Assembly: GCA_021432655.1 (NCBI GenBank)
Contig: MU271213.1
Location: 1-64,000, forward strand
Origin: Atractiella rhizophila
Lineage: Eukaryota
Length of the DNA stretch: 64,000 bases
Reading direction: 5' to 3'
In this document: one piece after another, positions 1 to 12,735 of the stretch
Numbering within the stretch: position 1 is the stretch's first letter
Layout of the letters: every line of letters starts with the position of its first letter
Made by a program: the position numbers and the translations under genes
The notes under the pieces: model-generated
The model's input: the letters and a program-made list of their open reading frames with translations, nothing else
Database searches by the model: none
What the model was told of the DNA's origin: nothing

Positions 1-389
1 TTGGGAGCGGACGGTGCCTGGCGTATTCATTTTCTGGGGCAGAATCGGATTCGTCGGACGAAGATGTCCCCTGCGGCTCATCTGGTCCAAATATGTCGTC
101 TCCTCGGGGGCGTAACGGCGGTGACAAGATGCCTGGCTCGCTTACTAGCTGACTGGAGTCTGAAACGTTGTTATATCGCCTCACACCGCGCTCTGGGCTA
201 CAAGTTATGGCACATCAACAGGTGCATACGAGCCAGGGGTAGCGTGCATATCGGTGTAAATGGAAAAAATGAGTTTGTGTTCTCCTTTCCCTCACCCATA
301 AAAGAATGTAAAGACATTTGTAGGTTGAATGAGAGAGAACGGACGGGAAGTTATGACGAAGCATGAGGACAAGTTAATGAACTACCGCG

Positions 390-1214
390 ACAGAAAGGTG
401 AAGGAACCCCCAAAGTCTATAGGTAGAGTTCCTCCAGTCAGTGGGGCTTAACTCTCCTACATCCCTCTCCGCGCTCGGAGCGAGAAAGCCTCTCGTCTCC
501 TTCCCTTCCTCCTTTTCAACTCTCACTGCGCAGCATAAGCGAGAGGGGGAAATGGATTGGGAAGTAAGGACGAAGGATGTGGTTCGACGCCGAAACTGGA
601 CTAGAAGAGGAACTCAGAACGAGAAAACGGAAGATGAAGGTATTGGCTCTTCAACAGACAGAATCGTGCACTCTGTAAAAGCGGAAACGTGTAACGACGC
701 ATCATTGAGATACGCAAGTATCAAGAATAAAGTGAAGTCTGAAGTAGAGATAAGAAACACACCTCTTCCAGCCAGTCGTCCTCCTCCTTCCCTTTCCCTT
801 TCCCTTCTCCCTCCCTCTCTTCCTCAAACTCCCTCCCTCTCCCTCCTCCGCGTCACCAAGTTCTCCATCACTTGCTCGCACATGCTTATCGGACTCATCA
901 TCCCTCAAAATGGTATCCAACACCTTCCACCCCTCTCCTCCTTCCACGGGAGTACCACGACCACCGTCTGCGCCGCCTTCTGCAAGAAGGATGCTGCGTG
1001 CAGGAGACGCGGGGGAACCAAATGTGTTATATCCTGAGACACGTAAAGTCCTCGAGGGCGTGCGAGGGGGTGTGAGGGGTGGGTTGGAGGGGCCGAAGAG
1101 GGAGGGAGAGGGGAGGCCGGAGGGGAAGGGCGAGGGGCGGATGGAAGAGTGCGACGCGGAGGGGGAGAGGAACGAGGAGCCGCGCTTAGGCGTGGGAGAT
1201 GGCGCGGAAGACAT
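390..1214 (-). CDS. Hypothetical protein, 5' part (Ser/Pro-rich N-terminus); downstream exon structure unresolved
   Basis: ORF 702..1214 begins MSSAPSPTPKR with coding-like composition; GT donor near 772; a further open stretch (VRVEKEEGKETRG...LWGFLHL) at ~390-530. Confidence 0.4.
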
Positions 1215-1911
1215 GAAGCGTGTTTATGGTAGCAATTCAATTGGTACGTAAGGAATGGGGAGCGACAAATATTGACAAGCAACAGAGATAGCGACGAGGG
1301 GAAAGGTAATAATGAAGCATGGAAGCTGGGCTATTACGCGGTTGATTGAAGTCGATTACAAAGGGACAATCTGATCCTGGAGGACATGAGGGCCTTGGTA
1401 CGCCTCTCCGCTGGTTCTGGTTAGTTAGTTGTAAGATGTCGCCGTCGTATTCCCTCTTCAAATTCTTTCGCTGTAGTCGCGAAGAGAGAATGAGGGGGTG
1501 GTCATCCCTTCATCACAATGACGAGCAATGCTAGCATCCCTTTTGCCATTTTTAAGGCGTCGCCTGCATGATAGCCCCCCTTTCACCATGTGTAGCGCGT
1601 GAGAGGTTGATTTTGTTTCTGACGCGATATTCGTTGCTGCTGAGCTATGCAAAATAACCAAACATCGATGGGTGCAAGCTCATAAATTTCATGTCACATG
1701 GAATGAGCCTAACGGAAATGGCATTGAAACCCAATACAGTAGAAAGTCACAAATGCAGGAACAAAGCAGGAACAAAGTGCAAGGGGGGTGCAAGGGGGTC
1801 ATAACGAAGAAAGTGAGTCCTTCATTTTTTTGATACAACTTCAACACTGTCCTGCGGCGAAGAGTACTCATCATGATCTCGTGCCGGCTCTTGCCTATTC
1901 TTTGCATTAGC

Positions 1912-3389
1912 TTATGACTTTTCTTCACATGAGCAATCAACGCACCCCTTCTCTTGGTTGGTGCCTTCGTTGACCCCCACATCTTCGAAACTAATAGGCA
2001 AAGCACCTGCTTCCATTTTTCTCCAAAGGCTTTCAACACGCAGCTCCGTGTCCCCACCAGTGTCAGGTTGATTCTGACTCCCAAACCCTGGAATCAGGTT
2101 ATTTCCTCGCCGTGCATTACTGCCGCCTGACGTGCCCTCTCGTGAGTTCGCGCCAGGAGCGACCGATCGAAGATGAAGCACAATGCGATAGGCCATAATC
2201 GGCGCGAAAGCCAGTGGTAGCGGTACGTTGAGGACTGGGTTGACGACATTAGGGATGCTATTTGATTGCCGAGTTTATCAGCAAAGGGAAGGAGAACAGT
2301 TGTATCGGCAGACAAACCTCGAGTAAACGGCGTTGACTAGGTTGCAGATGCATACCACGACGAAATAAATGACTCCATCACGTGCGAAAATGGTGAGAAG
2401 TCGTGTGCGAGTTGATTTGCGCCAACGAGTAAAGAGCGGCCTATTATCAATTTCAGCAATAAATTCCAGCTGAAGGCGGCGTGACGCACACAAGAACGAA
2501 TATGGTGACTGTCGTGTCGTAGAGAAGAGGCGGGAACCTGTACTTCCCATTATTAATTTGATCCCAGTATCTATAGGCTCGGACCAGGAAACCCAAATGT
2601 ACCTTCAATAGGCATCAGCTTGCTTGAGCCAGATTGAGAGAAATTTAGATCACTTCTGGCCTTTGCTGACAGAGATGCAGCCTCTCAACCCAGATGGCCT
2701 ATTAATCTAGTCAACACTGCCCTCGATAAACCTTGAAAACGCACAAGCTCAAAGGCTCATTCGGAAAAGCTCCCCAAAATTGAACCGCTGTACCACAGAT
2801 CGCGAATATTCCGAAGAACCAAACGATCCACCTCCGACGATTCCACATCACTAGCACCCTTGCACCAAGAAGGAACTCACATCCCACTACATTCATATCA
2901 AATCAGTCAGTTTCACTGAGGATGAATTGACACGAGATAGTCACAGAACAGAATGATGCTGGCAACTGGCTGGATCGTGTGAACTTTGGCACATGTCTTT
3001 GGGTCGATTTTCAGCCAGAATAGACACATGAACGACACCAGGTTCAAGAGTCCGCCATAGCTTAATCTTTCTCTTCAGCCTTCTCGTATTTGCAGATCAC
3101 AGAAGCTTACCGGACTATGAAGAAAGCCACGCGAACAGGTGTCCAGCGTTCAGCTCGCCACATAGCCTTATAGTCGTCCGGGAACGTTAGGATGAAATCC
3201 CAAACGTAGACCGCAAAGCAAGCTGTCCTCCAAATTCAAAGTCAGTGAAGCTCTGACATACAAACGAGGCGAACACGAACCGGTGAGATAGGTACGACTA
3301 GCAGACAGGACTTCTTCCAAAGCTGCGCGTTGCAGAGCGAGAGCAAGCTCCGTTTCCGCTGTACTGGCTGAGGGTTCAGACGACGACAT
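1912..3389 (-). CDS. DUF6533-type multi-pass integral membrane protein, paralog A (multi-exon)
   Basis: Exons read MSSSEPSAST...SRTYLT, AVYVWDFILTFPDDYKAMW...WTPVRVAFF, LLTIFARDGVIYFVVV, PIMAYRIVLHLRS; typical basidiomycete 'WD..LT...E...W' and 'RDG..YF' motifs. Confidence 0.75.
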
Positions 3390-3461
3390 GGCCTTTGCCG
3401 GCTCTGCCTGTCTGGAACAAATTACTTTCAAGATTGCAGTTCACGGCGACGAAGCATCATG

Positions 3462-3474
3462 TCCTCTTTTATAA
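3462..3474 (-). promoter_or_regulatory. Putative TATA box of DUF6533 paralog A
   Basis: TTATAAAAAGAGG on the minus strand ~75 nt upstream of the ATG; paralog B has TTATAAAGAGG at ~6803-6813 at a similar distance. Confidence 0.45.
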
Positions 3475-4432
3475 TTCGTAAATGAATATGTTGCTAATGT
3501 AGGGCCCAGGCACCCATGAGTCCTACCACATATAGCCTGAGACGGAACGGCACATTTTGGCGGGGACACAATGTAAAGCGAGAAGCAGGAGACGGACCCA
3601 CGCTTCTGTCCAGATGACAAAGTATCAAGAGATGCCAGACAGCTAGCGTTGAAATAACTCTAACGATGTTCTCAGAATCATGAAGGTGGGTGTCAATGCA
3701 GACCTGTTGACAGAAGCAAGGAAGTTTCGGAGATGAAGCGCTTTGACTTGAATGTGCCAGAGAATCAGCGATCTCAGAGCATTGGCAAAGATCTTCAGTG
3801 AAATCCTTCTCTGAACTGAAAATCATCCAAACAAACTTCCGCCAAAGCATTCCACAGCTTAACCACCGAATCAATCGATCGTCCTGCTCCACATTCCGTC
3901 TCCTTCTCCATGCTCCACCGTCGTCATCTCTGACCTCTCGGACGAGTGTGCACATTCTGCCTTTCTGACAATTCTAACAAGAATTATTGCCGCCAGCCCC
4001 ATTACCACATGCTTATCAAGAGCTCATCCTCAAAATCCTCCGAAGCTCCAGCATTGTAAGTAAGAAATAGGGCAAACGTTGTACCCGGGGAACAAACCTG
4101 CGCATAATCAGCAGACAACCAGAATGAATGAAGGGAAGAATAAAGGCTAGCGATAGAGTGACTCAAAATGTCTGGTGCTTCAGCCGCACTTTCTTCAAGT
4201 TGAGAAAGCAGACTGTATAATCCACGGCACTGTACTTGTCGTTCCATCCTTCAAAGGAAGACAAATATTTTCCCCCAATCGCAAATTCTTGTTATGCCTG
4301 CGATGCTTGCGGTTAGCCGGCTTTTCCAGGGTGAGGGAAAGGCGGAGGAGAAGAGCGAGCGGAGGGAACGAGTGCGAGAGGGATAGGGAGAGATCAAGAG
4401 GAGCTGCGCTTGGTGTGAGATGTTGCGGACGG

Positions 4433-5200
4433 TGTCATGTCATGACAGCGGTCGGTCGCAACTTGAGAACTGCATCACGACGGTCGTTCTTGTAGCTTAT
4501 ATAGACTTAGCTTGTATCTTTGCTCGAAATTCAAAGACTATGAGTTGGACTTGCACATGGGGCGATGCCACAATGGGATGTTGTTTCTTGGAATTGAACT
4601 GGGCAATTCAAATTTTCAAATGATGAAAAAGACCTCGACTAACTCGAGAAGGACGACTACATTGCAAGAAGCAAGATAAAGCTTTAAGAAGGGCAGAGAC
4701 ACTCGCCTAGCTTTAAAGATAGAGATTTTAGAATGCCACGCTCTAAAGACTTCGTCAAAAAAACAAGCGCGATTGGTGTGGACCAGCAGTGGTTACCGAA
4801 GAGACTGCAACGCAACACTTGGGGGCTAAAGCTGAGGAGAACATATGGTCTAAAGAACAAACAGGATCACTTAAGGATCCCAGGTGGGACACGGGATTCG
4901 AAATTCATTGAATCATGCGTTCAGATATCTCTCGATTTTCTCAATCTTAAAATACACTGCAATCTATCACCAGCTCAGTGCTCAGTGCCAAACTTACGAT
5001 TGTGGCAGCTGCCTACAATGCGCATGTTGAGCCACGAGTGCAAATCTACTGGTTGCAAGTTTACTAGGTAGGAGGCAGCGGTACAGATCGACGTTGCGGC
5101 AAGCAACAAAAGCAAGTACGTAGCTGGAAGTACAAGCAAGGTGTTGCAGCTCAGTGCTTAACAACAGGATCTATTAGGTCTTTGCCGCGACATGGACACT
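4433..5200. mobile_element. Possible degenerate solo LTR or other non-coding TE remnant
   Basis: Non-coding, compositionally distinct (AGCAAG-rich) block bounded by imperfect inverted ends TGTCATGACA...TGCCGCGACA; TATA-like CTATATAAG on the minus strand near 4500; no clean TSD. Confidence 0.25.
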
Positions 5201-5255
5201 GTACTCTGACGAGCAGTACTCATTATGAAGCCCTTCACCTGGTAAAGGTTGTAGC

Positions 5256-6741
5256 CTATTTTCCGTCAAGGCTCTCATTGAAGTTGGGCGATAGCACAAC
5301 GAACCTCTTTTCTAGGCCACTAACTGCAACGCCATCGTAACTAACCGGCAAACTCCCCCTCATTCTTCCCGCCAAGTTCTGAAGATGAACCTCCTGCTCT
5401 CGGAATTCATCAGTTTGATTAGGAGCTGGCAGTGTTGGCATCATAGTATTTGGTCGCCCAAAACCATTGCCGCTTGCTTGTGAGTTTGCGACAGGAGCCG
5501 CAGCAGATCGAAGATGAAGGACGAGGCGAGAGGTCATCATCGGTATGAATATCAGGGTAAGCGGTGCGTTAAGAGCTGGGTTGGGTACATTAGGAATGCT
5601 GTTTCGTTCACGAATTATTAGTAAAAAAACAGACAGGAAAATCGAAAGGACGGACGAGAAATACACAGCGTTAATTAGGTTGCAAATAAATACCACTACG
5701 AAATAAATGACCCCATCGCGGGCAAAGATGGTGAGCAGGCGAGTGAGAGATGACTTGCGCCAGTGAGAAATGAGTGGTCTGTGATGAATACAGCAACACG
5801 TTAAACCTGCGTTGGACGAAATAACTCATGTGGCGCACACAAGAACGAGTATCGTGGCTATCGTGTCGTAAACGAGAGGTGGGATCCTGTAATCCCGTCA
5901 CCATGGATCCGATCCAACTTTCTGTAATGGGACGAACCAGTATACCCATATGTAATTGGAGCTTTGGAAAGTATCAGTTTCATTGGCGTCAGATTGAGAA
6001 AGAATCACTTCTGTTGTCCTTTGACAGAGATGCACCCTCTCAAGCCAGAGGGCCTAGTGGATCTGTCAACGCCTTTTTCCTGCAAACATACAACTCACAA
6101 GCTCAATGGCTTGTTCGGAGCCACCGCCCAGACCTGAATCACAATCCCGAAGATCGCAACAAACCCAAAGAACCAAGCGATCCACTTCTGACGGTTCCAC
6201 ACTACCCACAACCTCGCGCCAAGGATGAACTGACCACTTGCTAGAATGATGTTCGTGACAGTCAGTTTCCTTGAGAATAAAGTTGAGATGTGGGATGTGT
6301 ACTGAAGATGATGCTGCTGACGACAGGTTCGAGAAGGTGAACCTTGTTGCATGTTTTTGCGTCGACTTTGAGCCAAAAGAGACACATGAACATGATTATG
6401 TTCAGTAGTCCCCCGTAACTGCATAATTCGTCAGCACCCGCCAGGAGAGAAGAGAGGTGTACCGGTTGATGAAGAAGGCGACTCGTACTGGAGTCCAGTG
6501 CTCCGACTTCCACATCGTCCTATACTCATGTGGGAATGTGAGAATGAAGTCCCAGACATAGACCGCAAACAAAGCTGCTTTCCATTTCAACCCTCACATA
6601 TGGAAGTAAGAAAGAGCACCTGCCGGTGAGATATGTACGACTTGCAGTGAGAACTTTCTCGAAAGCTTCACGTTGAAGAGCGAGATCGAGTTGTTCTCCC
6701 ACCGTAGAACTCGCGTTTGCTGGAGCAGCAGAGGATGACAT
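5256..6741 (-). CDS. DUF6533-type multi-pass integral membrane protein, paralog B (multi-exon)
   Basis: MSSSAAPANASS...SRTYLT, AVYVWDFILTFPHEYRTMW, LLTIFARDGVIYF, MMTSRLVLHLRS; similar exon layout to paralog A. Confidence 0.75.
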
Positions 6742-6950
6742 CCTCTCTGCTTATCTAGCGACTTACTCTCACAATTGTGGTTCACAAGGGGTAGGCAAAG
6801 TACCTCTTTATAATCCGTATCGGAATCGGAGCGCTCCTTTATAATCCCTAATGAATAAGTAACTGGACCGCAGGTCTCCCCCATGTAAGATATTAAAGCG
6901 GTCACATTTCGATGAGAAAGGTAGCCTGTCGCCATCGTCTTAACAGTCCA

Positions 6951-7410
6951 TCAGCTCCAACTTTTCCATAGCCTCCATTACGCGAACGTTGCTTTGTGAC
7001 GGCGAAACATTCAAGATACACGCTCCGACGGAGCAGCTTCCAACGGGAGGCGAGTATGGTCTAATAGTAAGCCTGACTGGCCAGCCACACTCAGCGTCTT
7101 TGCACCTGAATAGTATTTGATCAGGTTTTGAAACTTTGACTCTGGTTGATTCGAAGCTGGTCAGAAGGCTAAAGCTTCAGATATCGAGGTGGATTGTGCC
7201 CTCCTGCGATGTGAGTTGCTTCTAATTGAAGCCATTCCCTCGGAAAGGAAGCTCGAACCGAACCACGGAAATCATGATAATGAGGACGTGCTACTTATAT
7301 TTCCGAGCTCTGCTTTATTATGTCTTGTGAAGGTCTGTCTTCCAGTACCGTCCATAGGGTGTTTCCTCAGCTGGGTCGAATCGCAAATAGATATCTTTTA
7401 GCTTATCGTC
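6951..7410 (+). pseudogene. Degenerate copy of the BTB/POZ gene at 9380-10409
   Basis: Colinear nucleotide similarity (CAGCTCCAACTTTT..TTACGCGAACGTTGC; GAAATCATGATAATGAGGACGTGCTA vs GAAATCAAGATAACGAGGACTTGCTA) with indels, no ATG and a truncated 3' end. Confidence 0.7.
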
Positions 7411-9379
7411 AAAATCCTCCAACATTGTAGAGGAAGAAATAGGCAAAAAGTCTCAGCAAGAGGAACGAGCTTTGGCAAACTGGGCGAGCAGAGAGCATAC
7501 GGTTGTTTGATGTTGTTTGATGATGAAGGGTCACATGATCAAGGTCCCGAGGCTCATGAGCTCGGTTGTTCGAGATCCCGCGAGATACCCTTTCCTGCGC
7601 TCCTGAATCACTGTCGACAGCGCCTATGCCTATGGAGCCTTAGCGTGCTCTATTTCGGCTCCTACACCACCCGGACTCTTTCATGGTGTTATTCCCAGTT
7701 CTACCCCTAACCCGAGTTCCGAGTTCACACTTTCTACACTTTTCCTATCACTCCACTGCATCACCGTAACCAACACATCTAGCCTGCCTAAACTATCCAG
7801 TTGCATCCGGCGATGCGATGAAAAGAGAAGACTCAGAGGAACGACATGCCAAATTTCGCCCAACATCGAAAGAGTGGGAACAGCGATACAATGCAATGTG
7901 GAAGGAGAGGTGGAGGCATAGTTCGGGTTGGCCATACAACACGACACCTCGAACTGGACGAGAAGGGAAGCCATTAGGCTAAACGTAATGAAGCTCAGTG
8001 CGCTGTTGTTCTGCATAAGTGCTTCTTTCTGCTCCCTCTCATGCTTTCTTCTTTTCCTTCATCCTCGCACCACTGGTACCCAGGGAACCAAAAGAGATCC
8101 TGATCACTTTCATTTTGAAAATGCAATGTTAGGTGTTTCGATATGACCGCAATTCCTTGTCTCATTTCTGGCTGGTGATAGTCGACATTGTATAAGGAAG
8201 TACATGGATGCAAGATTATTCAAGCTGTACAACTTTTGAAGCACTTGTAGAGCAAGAGTAAGAGGGGGTTTTGCAGACAGATTAGCGCGAGACAGAAAAA
8301 TTACGCTTTGTTGTCCCGTTTTAGTTCCTTGTAAAAGGCCTTTTCACCAATTGTCAGTATTTGCTGTGTAAATATCTGCGATCACGTCCGATACAATGGT
8401 TCTATAGAATCAGGAGAATGAAAGATCGTGTCATGACAGTCTCTACAGCCTTTGGCGAGAAAGAAATGGAATCTACGGTTGTGAGTATGGTGCGAGCACT
8501 ACCATCTCTTGCTTGTTTCCGTTCTCAGGAAGATCCCGTTTGAAGCATTGAAGTGGTCAACGAAAACTACGTGGGCGGGCACGAAATTAAATATCCCCTC
8601 CATCTTGATCCACAACAGTGCTCTCGTACCTAGCCACCTTTGTCGGTGAAGTATAAACGCTTAGATGGATCTTTTCAGAATTTAAGATGTCGATCATATT
8701 GGTCGCAGCCTGAAAGCGCACGACGCAAGCGACATAATGCTTTCCCTTTAAAAATATCATCTCGTCGTAGCCCACCTCGCAGCGATCATGGCCATGACAG
8801 GGAAGAAAAAGAACCCATCACAAAAGGACGGGCTTTCCAAGATTCCAAAACTAAGTGGTGACTTCAGTTTTGTGGTACGATCACCATCCTACCCCTTAGC
8901 TTGCTTAACTTCTTACAGGCGAGGTACGATTGGGAGATTATACTGAGAGGTGAAAAGGTGCAATTGTTGCCCAACCAACTGTTTGAAACTGGGTGGACTG
9001 TTCGTCTTTATCTTTCTTGCAATTCCTCGTTGAGTACATCATACAGGTCAACCTTTATTTCACTAAGCAAGCTAATATGGGCTACTTCACCGTGAATTTG
9101 CAGACTACTTGCATCGGCCTCTATTGGGCCACCGTTCATGCGAGTGGCTTGTGTAGTACTCAAGCTTTTGATCAAGGCGGGGTGTAGATTTCCGGTATTC
9201 ATGTCACTCCATATGCAAGTGGCTGTTGCGTACAAAAGAGCCAGGCTTGCAATCTGCCGGACAATTGCATGGTAAACAAACGAGGTGCCCAATTATGTTA
9301 TTCCGTTGACTAGATAAAGAGCTCATTGTAGCTCTTGACAGGATCAGAATATGTTTCAGCCCGACTTACTTTACGAGTA

Positions 9380-10409
9380 ATGCCCTTATCCTCAGGCACG
9401 CTGCTTGGAATGGAACGAGTATCATCACAGAGGTCACTCTTGTCGAACCAGCTCCAACTTTTTGATAATCCCCGTTACGCAAACGTTGCGTTCGTGTTTG
9501 AGCGAGAGGGAAGGAAACTGAAGATTTACGCTTCAACTGAGCAGCTTCAAGCCGCAAGCGAATATTTTTCTGACAGTACGCCACATATCTGAGTCCACAC
9601 CTGCTCAGCAGAGTCGGGTACAGTGTTTGATTCTGGGGGATTCGAAGCTGGTTCTGAAGGATTAGACGCGGACGACTCAGATATTGAGTTGGATAATAGC
9701 TCGTTCAAAGCCATTGATGTGAGATGCTTTCTAGCACTGAACATTGCTGACTCGTGAACTTCAAGGAGGAGCGAACGGAAACTCATCCTGTCACAGAAAT
9801 CAAGATAACGAGGACTTGCTATTCCACTTTCCCAGCATTGGTTTACTATCTCTTGTCAAGGCCTGTCTTCTACTATCTTATAAGAGCGTCGTATTCAAGA
9901 ATATGAACAGGGAGATATCTTTCAGACATCTGAGATCTAGCAAAGACCAACTAGAAACCTCCTTGCACGACAGTCTGAATATAGAATCCCCTCCATGGTC
10001 GAAGGCACCAGTTCCTGTTTCGGCGAAATCTATCTACAGATTAGCAGATGGTGAACGATTTTCTTGTTCCAACTCATTGACTGAATTGAATTCTTCAGAA
10101 CATTCCATTTTGGAATTGCGCAAACTTGCTGAGGAACACACCTGCGACAGTCTTACGGTAAAAGGGGTTATGGATGAAGTTTTTTCTAACTTTTCCAGCA
10201 AGTACCACCAAATCCGAAGACGCCAGATTAGTTACTTGGTGCAACATTGGGTACCAAATCTCCATATTGATGATTAAGTGCTAACATGGCTTTAGGATGA
10301 TGTGATCAATACTTCCGCGTATGACAGATTTCTGGAGGGTGCAGATATACCGTTCTCAGTGCTGGCGGAGATTATGAAGGAAAAGGCAAACCAAGCAAAG
10401 GTGGTGTGA
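9380..10409 (+). CDS. BTB/POZ-domain protein (multi-exon)
   Basis: FDNPRYANVAFVF...KIYASTEQLQAASEYF, EIKITRTCYSTFPALVYYL, SAKSIYRLAD, C-terminal helical region typical of basidiomycete BTB proteins; stop TGA at 10407-10409. Confidence 0.75.
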
Positions 10410-10678
10410 AGCCTAAGGCAGTTTAGCGGAATAGGCCACGATGAAAATGGACGAGGATGCACAGGGTTCTTACAGTAATCTGTGAAAAGGTGCGATTTGA
10501 CCTTGGTGCAACTTCAGCAACACTCTGCGCAACAAGTGCTATGTCATCTATTTTCTAATTTGTGGCTGACGGGCACGCTTAACGAAGTCCTGCCGTCCTT
10601 TCTGTTCCTTATAATATACCCTAGTAAGGATCTTTCCCAATTCCGTAACCATTTCACCGCGCAAGATTCTTGCAGCGA

Positions 10679-12735
10679 TCACTCATTCTTCCTCCTCCTT
10701 GTCATTCCTACCCCGCCGCTAATAAGTGAAGCTGCTAACAGGGTAGATCCACTAAAGAGCACAACTGAGGAGAATGGTGTGTCATAGACGGTGTGAGGCC
10801 TGTTCACGACGTCCTCGTTCGACCCTAAGAGCGCGTTGGAGATCGGTGACTATTGAAAGGATCCTGAGCAAAAGCACACATCTTGAATAAAGAACGCACA
10901 GTCAACACATTCCCCATTCCTCTCGTCAGCATGATCAAACCGTAAAGGTTCCCGCTCAGTCTTGGATCCTCGCCTAGCCTAAATATTGGTACCTCTGTCC
11001 TTAACTAAAAGGAAAACGAACCCGCCAAATCACGCAATACACCGCTGTAGAGTGCAGAGAAGCCACCACCCACTAGTCCAAAGACTGTCGAGAAGGCAAG
11101 TAATGGAGCGAGAGCTGTGGCTGTCAGTCCCCAGAGTGTGAAGACGCAAAGGGAGGTGAGAAGGAGGGAGGTGCTGCCGATTAGGTAGGCGGAGAGGTAG
11201 TCGGTTAAGATTCCGAATCCCAAACGAGATACAGTGGCAGTTGCTATTGGCCAAGTCAACCATTGATCTTTGGAGGAGAGGACAAGCAAGACGTGCTGTT
11301 CAATAATGCCAAAGCGGTGGTTCCCTCAACAGAGCCGAGATGTAAAGATGTCGCAAATGCTGCCAAAGAAAATCATCGTTGTCAGAGTAAACGGAGAAGA
11401 CTTACTTGGCAGATACAGCGTCGTGATGAAGTACCCCAATGCCTGCGCCATATTCGCCAGTCCAAACATCCAAGTTGACGTCTTCAAGAACAATCTCCAT
11501 GCTGACATCCGTGGGCCACGGACTGTACTTTGCGTTGGAAGGACACGGTGTTTTACAAAGGGGAGGACGAGGGCGAGCAGTATGGAAGCCGCTATTCCCT
11601 GCAGAGCCCGTTAATGAATATGGTAAATACGTGGACGAGAGAAACGCACCTCGCAGAGTAGAGTGGTGCGAAGTCCGTAAGATGTCAGGAGAAGAATCGT
11701 GAGATATGGCATGAATATTCCTCCCACTGACGTGCCTTTAAAATATAGCATAAGAATTTCTTTCTGATAATCGAGAGGAAAGAAGCACACCAGCATACAG
11801 TATCCCATTAGCCATCCCTCTCCTCTTTACGAACCATTCTGCGACCATCGAAAAAGCAGGGAAATAGAGAAGGGCTCCTCCAAGTGCATATAACACTCCC
11901 TGAGTAAGGAGGACTTGATACGCCTATACTCATCAGTACAGCATCAGATCTCTGACTTAATAGAAATAATTGAGAACTAATAGGGGAAAGTGACGGAGCC
12001 CACCTCTTTAGTGAAAGCAGCTGCAATCAGAGCTACACCCAAGCAGCCTAATCCGGTCCACATGAACCCCTTCACACGACTTGGTTTGTTTCCCAACAAG
12101 TAGAAAATGAGAGGAGCTGAGCAGTACATGATTCCTGACTGGCAAGTACCGGCGAGCGAGAGGAGTGAAGGGGACGACATGGAGGTATGATTGAGGTAGT
12201 AGTCAAGAAAAACACCTACAATCATCAAAATGATCAGCTCTCAGGTCATGTGAATGGAGAAAAACAAACCGTAGGTGTTCGGGATGGACCACACAATACA
12301 TTCGATGGTGAACGCGCCAAATAGGAACTTGTACGCATCGCTTCCTCCATCCTGTCGAGGTACTGCAGATGGAGGAGGCAATGAAAGAGTTACAGGCGGG
12401 TACTCGATCCTATCCGTTGAAAACGACTTGCGAGCCGGTCCTGTTGCTGATATGTCCCGTTCTTTCGGAGGAGTTGATGGTCGACGACCAGTTGGAGTGA
12501 TTGGTGGATTGGGGGCTTCGATATTGAGCGAAGATGCCAAACTTTGTCGGTCAAGGTGCAGGAGGGACGAGCGACGTGATGAAACTGCAGTATTATCTGA
12601 CTCTGTATCCGTTGTAGAAAACGGAGGACAAGCAAGCTGCATCTCAATGTCCGGAGGAGGCGTCGAGGCGGTCGACTGTGGGGGAGGAGTCAACGAGGCT
12701 GGCGATCGTGACGGAGAAGGCGAGTGGGAAGACAT
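10679..12735 (-). CDS. MFS monocarboxylate transporter (MCH/MCT-like), multi-exon
   Basis: QDGGSDAYKFLFGAF, GVFLDYY, QGVLYALGGALLYFPAFSMVAEWFVKRRGMANGILYAG, SRLGFGILTD; multiple TM exons. Confidence 0.85.

Noticed and set aside
441..1251. Plus-strand ORFs 441..1037 and 910..1251
   Set aside because: Probably antisense shadows of a low-complexity minus-strand coding region
7681..9292. Short minus-strand ORFs as a gene or kinase remnant
   Set aside because: No recognisable motif or consistent splice pattern
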